A stretch of 64,000 bases of DNA from Cryomorphaceae bacterium. Lineage in GTDB: Bacteria; Bacteroidota; Bacteroidia; Flavobacteriales_D; Cryomorphaceae. The translations under genes were made by a program, and so were the position numbers. Below, one piece after another: positions 58,863 to 64,000 of this stretch. Within the stretch, counting starts at the first letter, position 1; every line of letters starts with the position of its first letter. The stretch covers positions 17,424 to 81,423 of the forward strand of contig JBLIDT010000009.1 of NCBI GenBank assembly GCA_047632755.1. Direction: 5' to 3'. The notes under the pieces were generated by a model. It ran no database searches. It saw only the letters and a list, made by a program, of their open reading frames with translations, and was not told where the DNA came from.

Positions 58863-59882
58863 ATGAAAAAGAAAGTAGGCGTTTTGTTGATTAACCTTGG
58901 GACTCCCGATAGTCCAAAGGTGGGTGACGTGAGAAGGTACCTCACGGAATTTCTTAATGACCCTCGGGTAATTGATATTCCTACAGTGCTCAGAGCCATA
59001 TTGGTAAATGGGATTATCGTTCCGTTTCGAGCGCCGAAATCTGCCAAGATCTACAAACAGCTTTTTGATTTGAATGGCGGTAAATCACCGCTATTGGAAT
59101 ACGGCTACAAAGTGAGAGACATCTTGCGCGAGCGACTGGCAGGTCATGCCGACGTGGAGCTTGCCATGCGTTATGGAAAGCCGAGCCTAGACGAAGTAGC
59201 TGAGAAAATGAACAAGGCTGGTTACGATCGAATCATCGTTTTCCCGCTTTTTCCTCAATACGCTTCTGCCTCTACTGGCTCTGCTTTAGAGAAAGCCATG
59301 AAACTTATCCGAAAGTGGTATGTCATTCCCGAAATAGAAATTATTTCTCAGTTTTACGACCACCCTGGATACATCAATACGGTAGTTGACCAAGCCAAAA
59401 AGCACGATTTAAAAGAGTATGACCATATCCTCTTTTCTTATCATGGTTTGCCAGTAAGGCAAGTCAACAAAATCTACGAGGACAAAAAATGCTCCAACCA
59501 CAGCTGCGAGGACGAAATCAATGATGAGAATCGCTTTTGCTATAAAGCGACTTGTTACGCTACTACCCGTTTGATAGCCGAGAAGATGGGAATCACCGAA
59601 AAGGATTACACGGTTTGTTTTCAATCCAGGCTCGATAAGAAATGGCTTGAGCCATTTTCTGACAGTGTGGTCGAAGAATGGGGAAAGAAAGGTGCAAAAA
59701 AGCTATTGGCTTTTTCTCCAGCTTTTGTGGCTGATTGCTTGGAAACCAGTATCGAGATTGGAGATGAATACCAAGAGATTTTCGAAGAGCACGGCGGAGA
59801 AAAGGTTCAACTGGTGGAGAGTCTCAACGACCACCCGATGTGGATTGAGACGATGGAATCTATGATAAAAGAACGACTCTGA
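58863..59882 (+). CDS. hemH: Ferrochelatase
   Basis: 339 aa. N-terminal GVLLINLGTPDSP and typical ferrochelatase blocks (FPLFPQYASASTGS, SYHGLP). Confidence 0.92.
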   Translation: MKKKVGVLLINLGTPDSPKVGDVRRYLTEFLNDPRVIDIPTVLRAILVNGIIVPFRAPKSAKIYKQLFDLNGGKSPLLEYGYKVRDILRERLAGHADVELAMRYGKPSLDEVAEKMNKAGYDRIIVFPLFPQYASASTGSALEKAMKLIRKWYVIPEIEIISQFYDHPGYINTVVDQAKKHDLKEYDHILFSYHGLPVRQVNKIYEDKKCSNHSCEDEINDENRFCYKATCYATTRLIAEKMGITEKDYTVCFQSRLDKKWLEPFSDSVVEEWGKKGAKKLLAFSPAFVADCLETSIEIGDEYQEIFEEHGGEKVQLVESLNDHPMWIETMESMIKERL

Positions 59883-61187
59883 TTGGCGTATAGCTGGCAT
59901 AAAGAAATTCTGACTCAAGGTGAGAACGATCAAACTTTGAGAAGAATTATTACGCTTTCGTCTCATTACAACCACTTCGCTCTTTACCTCACCGAATCGG
60001 CTGATTTCACATTTTATGCAGGAGCGAAAAGAACAATCATCCTCACGCAATCTGCGGGTGCCTTTGAGGCTCTTAAAGTTTTTCAAGGAGAATCTGTCCG
60101 CGAAGTTTGTGGATTCTTGGGGTACGACCTCAAAAACGATTTAGAAAAACTTACATCAGAAAATTCCGATTGCTTAGATACTCCTGCAGCTTCTTTTTTC
60201 GAAGCCGAATTAAGGGTGAAATTCCAAAATGGTATTCTGTCTTGTGATGCCGCCGATGCTCAGAAGGGAGAACAGTTCGTAGCGTTTTTAGATAAATCAG
60301 AGCCCGTTGGCAACGAACAATTCGAGGTATTTCCAAAGCCCTCCACTTCGGAGCAAGAATACCTCGCTGCTGCCAATTCGTTCAAGGCCCACCTGCAACG
60401 GGGAGATATTTACGAGGCAAACTACTGCATTCAATTTACAGCAGATTGTCCCGCTTTCAATCCTTATTCTGGATTTTATGCCCTTTGGCAAAAGACGGAA
60501 GCTCCCTTATCAGTCTTTGCCAAACTGGGAGATTTCTTCGTCATGTCTGGTTCGCCTGAACGCTACTTGAAAAGAGAGGGAGACCGACTTATTTCTCAGC
60601 CCATCAAGGGAACAGCTAAGCGATCTATCGACCCGATATTGGACGAAAAGTCCAAAGCCGAACTTCCGCTCGACCCGAAGGAGCAGAGCGAAAACGTAAT
60701 GATCGTCGATCTGGTTAGAAACGATCTATCGAAGGTTGCCGCTCGCGGATCAGTCCATGTCTCGGAGTTATTTGGGGTTTATTCCTTCAAAACCGTTCAC
60801 CACTTGATCAGCACTGTCGAGGCTGAGCTTAGAGAGGGCTTAGATTCTTGGGATGCCATCAAGGCTACCTTCCCAATGGGGTCGATGACGGGCGCGCCGA
60901 AAATCAGCGCGATGAAACTGATCGATAAGTACGAGAATTTTAAACGAGGAGCTTATTCAGGGGGCTTCGGTGTAATGCACCCCAACGGAGATTTTGATTT
61001 TAACGTTTTGATTCGCACCTTGTTTTTTGAAAATAACACCGAGAAATTGGCCTTTGGAGTGGGGAGTGCCATCACAATTCAGGCTGACCCCATGAAGGAA
61101 TACCGAGAATGCTTACTTAAAGCTGAAGCCTTGATGCAGAGTCTTCGAAAACCACAAAATGAACTTAGAGGAGAAATTCAAATCTAA
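59883..61187 (+). CDS. pabB: Chorismate-binding enzyme, aminodeoxychorismate synthase component I-like
   Basis: 434 aa. Blocks: SGSPERYLKREGDRLISQPIKGT, ENVMIVDLVRNDLS, PMGSMTGAPK. A TTG start directly after the hemH stop is the only start codon I identified near the N-terminus (there is no in-frame ATG there). Confidence 0.75.
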   Translation: MAYSWHKEILTQGENDQTLRRIITLSSHYNHFALYLTESADFTFYAGAKRTIILTQSAGAFEALKVFQGESVREVCGFLGYDLKNDLEKLTSENSDCLDTPAASFFEAELRVKFQNGILSCDAADAQKGEQFVAFLDKSEPVGNEQFEVFPKPSTSEQEYLAAANSFKAHLQRGDIYEANYCIQFTADCPAFNPYSGFYALWQKTEAPLSVFAKLGDFFVMSGSPERYLKREGDRLISQPIKGTAKRSIDPILDEKSKAELPLDPKEQSENVMIVDLVRNDLSKVAARGSVHVSELFGVYSFKTVHHLISTVEAELREGLDSWDAIKATFPMGSMTGAPKISAMKLIDKYENFKRGAYSGGFGVMHPNGDFDFNVLIRTLFFENNTEKLAFGVGSAITIQADPMKEYRECLLKAEALMQSLRKPQNELRGEIQI

Positions 61188-62466
61188 TCTTGATCGACTG
61201 GGTATTCCAGAAGGGGAGTCTGTTCTGATTGCAGTAAGCGGGGGTGTAGATTCTGTAGTGCTCTTGAATCTCTGTCAGAAAGCTGGCTTAAAGCCAATGG
61301 CTGCCCACGCCAATTTTGAGCTTCGGGATCAGGAGAGTGAGGCAGATGAAACTTTTGTAAAAGCCAGTTGTCAAGCCTTGAATGTCCCTGTTTTCACCAA
61401 AACGCTTTCACTCAAGGAACAGTCAAGTGATATTCAAGGTCAAGCCAGAAAGCTTCGTTACCATTGGTTTTCGGAACTCATGGAAGAAAATATCATTCGA
61501 TTTATTTTCACCGCTCACCATTTGGACGATCGATTGGAAACCTTCTTTATCAATTTTCTACGCGGCACAGGTTTAAAAGGATTAAAGTCTATTCCCGAAC
61601 AGAATTTCCGCATTTACCGGCCGCTTCTTCCTTATCGAAAGGCAGAACTGATTGCCTACGCCAAAGAAAATAGAATCGAATGGAGGGACGATGCGTCAAA
61701 CGAGAAGGACGTATATCTCCGAAACCGAATCAGACAGCAAATGATTCCTGTTATGGAAAGTTTAGGTGAGAACGCCGCAGAACTAGCCAGTCGATCATTG
61801 GAGTTTTTGGCGGAAGCCGACACCTACTTTAAAAGAGCCGCAGGAAAGTTCATGGCCAAACTCGAATCGGATGGTTTCGTTTGCAAAATTTGTGACGCCG
61901 ATTGGGATTCCCTTTTTGACCACCCTCCTTTGCACAAATACGTTTTCGGAGAATTGGGTTTTGATTCGGGGCAATTGGTACAATTGGAAAATCTCAAGAC
62001 GAGCGCTTCGGGAAGAAAAGTCATCGGAAAAAGATTCACGGCGTTTCGAGATCGCGGAGGATATGTCCTTAAGGTAAATGTGAATGAAGTGACCGATTCC
62101 GTGTTTATCGAAGATACTTTAGGAGGGGAAATGATGCAGCCCATCGCCTTGAGCTGGAGAAAAGAGGACGCACCCGTTGAGTTCAAAGTCGGTCCATCCG
62201 AGGCTTGGTTATCTGCCGAAAAACTTCGATTTCCATTGGAAATAAGATTGTGGAAAAGCGGAGATAGATTTGTTCCATTTGGGATGAAGGGCAGCAAAAA
62301 AGTGAGCGATTACTTAATTGATGCCAAGGTGTCCGTTCCCGAAAAGGAGCGGACATATGTTCTGGTGTCTGGGGGCGATATTTGTTGGCTAATAGGCCAC
62401 CGAATCGACGATCGATTTAAGGCGGACTCTACGAAATCGGAGATCATTCATTTCAAGATCCAGTGA
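61159..62466 (+). CDS. tilS: tRNA(Ile)-lysidine synthase
   Basis: 435 aa with the PP-loop SGGVDS. It overlaps the pabB end by 29 nt if ATG 61159 is used. Confidence 0.9.
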   Translation: MNLEEKFKSNLDRLGIPEGESVLIAVSGGVDSVVLLNLCQKAGLKPMAAHANFELRDQESEADETFVKASCQALNVPVFTKTLSLKEQSSDIQGQARKLRYHWFSELMEENIIRFIFTAHHLDDRLETFFINFLRGTGLKGLKSIPEQNFRIYRPLLPYRKAELIAYAKENRIEWRDDASNEKDVYLRNRIRQQMIPVMESLGENAAELASRSLEFLAEADTYFKRAAGKFMAKLESDGFVCKICDADWDSLFDHPPLHKYVFGELGFDSGQLVQLENLKTSASGRKVIGKRFTAFRDRGGYVLKVNVNEVTDSVFIEDTLGGEMMQPIALSWRKEDAPVEFKVGPSEAWLSAEKLRFPLEIRLWKSGDRFVPFGMKGSKKVSDYLIDAKVSVPEKERTYVLVSGGDICWLIGHRIDDRFKADSTKSEIIHFKIQ

Positions 62467-63152
62467 ATACCACAAAAAGAAACAACGAAGCTTTTGGCTT
62501 GTATCTCCTTCTGGGTGGGTTGTTCATTACCGCGCTCATCACTTGTAATTTGATAGCCAATAAGTTTGTGACTGTTGATCTCGGCTTCAAAGTATTTACT
62601 ATTTCAGCGGGAGTTCTGCCTTATCCCATTACATTTCTACTCACCGATATTCTCTCGGAGATCTATGGTCGAAAGAAAACAAACGCCGTTGTTTATACTG
62701 GTTTTGCCGCTTCGCTTTTCGTATTGATGATGCTTTATCTTGGTAGCCTTTTCCCTTCCATTGAAGAGTCTCCCGTAAACGATGATTATTACAATACGGT
62801 ATTTCAAAATTCATGGAGAATCATCTTAGCTTCTATGGTAGCATACCTTACCGCTCAGCTGGTTGATGTGCGTCTTTTTCACTTTTGGAAAAAGTTGACA
62901 AAGGGCAAAAAACTTTGGCTCAGAAATAATGCGTCTACTATACTTTCACAATTTGTCGATACTACTTTGGTCGTTTTGGTGTTGTTTATAGGGGTACTTC
63001 CTTTTGGAACTATTGGAGACTTTATCTTCGATGGTTGGCTTTTTAAAGTCCTTGTGGCTCTAGTCGATACCGTTTTTATTTACTTTTTCATTTGGTTGAT
63101 CAGGAGCCGTTTTAAACTAAAAGAGGGAGAAGAAATAGATTTTCTATCATAG
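62463..63152 (+). CDS. yhhQ: Queuosine-precursor transporter (YhhQ/VUT family)
   Basis: 229 aa, polytopic. The block LPYPITFLLTDILSEIYGRKKTN is typical of YhhQ/DUF165. 4-nt overlap with tilS. Confidence 0.8.
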   Translation: MNTTKRNNEAFGLYLLLGGLFITALITCNLIANKFVTVDLGFKVFTISAGVLPYPITFLLTDILSEIYGRKKTNAVVYTGFAASLFVLMMLYLGSLFPSIEESPVNDDYYNTVFQNSWRIILASMVAYLTAQLVDVRLFHFWKKLTKGKKLWLRNNASTILSQFVDTTLVVLVLFIGVLPFGTIGDFIFDGWLFKVLVALVDTVFIYFFIWLIRSRFKLKEGEEIDFLS

Positions 63153-63234
63153 GATTCAAACAATGATTTCGGATAGATTGAACAAAAAATCAAAAAAAGG
63201 TAGCTTTGACTCTGCTAAAATCACACCTTCACGC

Positions 63235-64000
63235 ATGTTGAAAATCAAAGCATCGATAGTACTTTTCTTTTTCGTGGCCTTTTCGGTTCACGCACAGATT
63301 TACGATCCTGTCAAGTGGATTTTTGAGGTAGAAAGCACAGGAGACAACACGGCTGACTTGGTCTTCTCTGCTACTATAGAAGAAGGCTGGCATGTATATG
63401 CCACTGAGCTTCCTTCAGATATGGGGCCAATCCCGACATCGGTTACATTCGATGAAAGTTCCAATTTCAAAACGGTCGGAGCGTTAAAGGGAGGAAAGTT
63501 CAAGACGGAGTTCGATCCGAATTTCGATATGGATTTGAATTATTACGACAGCGAAGCCGTTTTCCGACTGCCCATTGAGCGAATTTCTGGTGCTGATTTC
63601 GTCGCTACTGGTTACCTCACCTTCATGGTGTGCAACGACGAAATGTGTCTTCCACCTGATGACATAGATCTCGCTATGAAAGTGGAAGGGGTGAAGGCAG
63701 CGCGAGAAGGAGAGGTGAAGTCAAGGCCTGCTTTGGCACCCATTTCGATTCAACCCATTACAGAATCCGAAATTCTCGAGCCGGTTAAATGGAGTTTTTT
63801 CGTGGAAGACGAAACGGATTCTACCGCTGTATTAGTTGTTGAGGCCAACATAGAAGTGCCTTGGCATTTATACTCAATCAATATTGAAATTGACGACGAC
63901 GGCCCGATGCCTACTGAATTGGTTTTTGAAGAGATGGAAGGATACTCCTTGATCGGAAAGCCAACCGAGACTAAGCCAAAGACAGAGTATGATGCGGTAT
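63235..64000 (+). CDS. DsbD-N-terminal-domain-like thiol:disulfide interchange protein (5' part; runs off the window)
   Basis: Not in the track because it is open at the window end. Hand translation gives MLKIKASIVLFFFVAFSVHAQIYDPVKWIFEVE…EEGWHVYATELPSDMGPIPTSVTF…FMVCNDEMCLPP. A second similar module starts near 63780. An in-frame ATG also exists at 63163. Confidence 0.6.
   Translation, partial: MLKIKASIVLFFFVAFSVHAQIYDPVKWIFEVESTGDNTADLVFSATIEEGWHVYATELPSDMGPIPTSVTFDESSNFKTVGALKGGKFKTEFDPNFDMDLNYYDSEAVFRLPIERISGADFVATGYLTFMVCNDEMCLPPDDIDLAMKVEGVKAAREGEVKSRPALAPISIQPITESEILEPVKWSFFVEDETDSTAVLVVEANIEVPWHLYSINIEIDDDGPMPTELVFEEMEGYSLIGKPTETKPKTEYDAV

Noticed and set aside
62440-62470. Looked for a preQ1 riboswitch ahead of the yhhQ-like transporter.
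   Set aside because: The gene overlaps tilS by 4 nt, which leaves no leader for a riboswitch.
1-64000. tRNA, rRNA, tmRNA, RNase P RNA or SRP RNA genes.
   Set aside because: I saw no T-loop-like GGTTCGAATCC-type sequences or other conserved RNA cores in the intergenic regions. This is only a visual scan; tRNAscan-SE or Infernal would be decisive.

Overview
This is a chromosomal segment from a Bacteroidota genome, probably Flavobacteriales-like. The assignment rests on six proteins ending in T9SS C-terminal sorting domains, a PorV/PorQ-like barrel beside a C25 peptidase, a DUF5686 protein and TAnnTTTG-type -7 boxes. It holds about 47 protein genes, mostly housekeeping: prfB with its programmed +1 frameshift, fumC, gcvP, hemL, hemH, kynU, kmo, recQ, tatC, lptB, purS, pssA, lpdA, pabB, tilS and a yhhQ-like transporter. 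By eye I found no rRNA, tRNA, CRISPR array, transposase or integrase.

The most unusual structure is at 46.4-50.1 kb. A 3356-bp segment carrying one gene, a 14-blade FG-GAP T9SS cargo protein, sits between two 179-bp copies of the lptB 3' end. The copies differ at 17 positions, and all 16 differences in sense codons are synonymous. Immediately upstream of the downstream copy, the lptB homology is heavily decayed. This looks like an integration or replacement scar whose mechanism is not encoded locally.

Other points worth a second look:
- A translationally coupled six-gene cluster of unknown function (RDD / SpoIIM-like / DUF4129-like / DUF4350-like / MoxR / DUF58).
- A tandem triplet of T9SS cargo paralogs, each with its own terminator.
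- A PNGase F homologue split by a roughly 500-aa insertion that includes a LamG domain.
- A PorV/PorQ-like barrel translationally coupled to a 1686-aa C25 peptidase.
- An Omp85-like barrel fused to TolB-type propeller repeats.

All family assignments come from motifs read in the translations and from memory. No database search was run.
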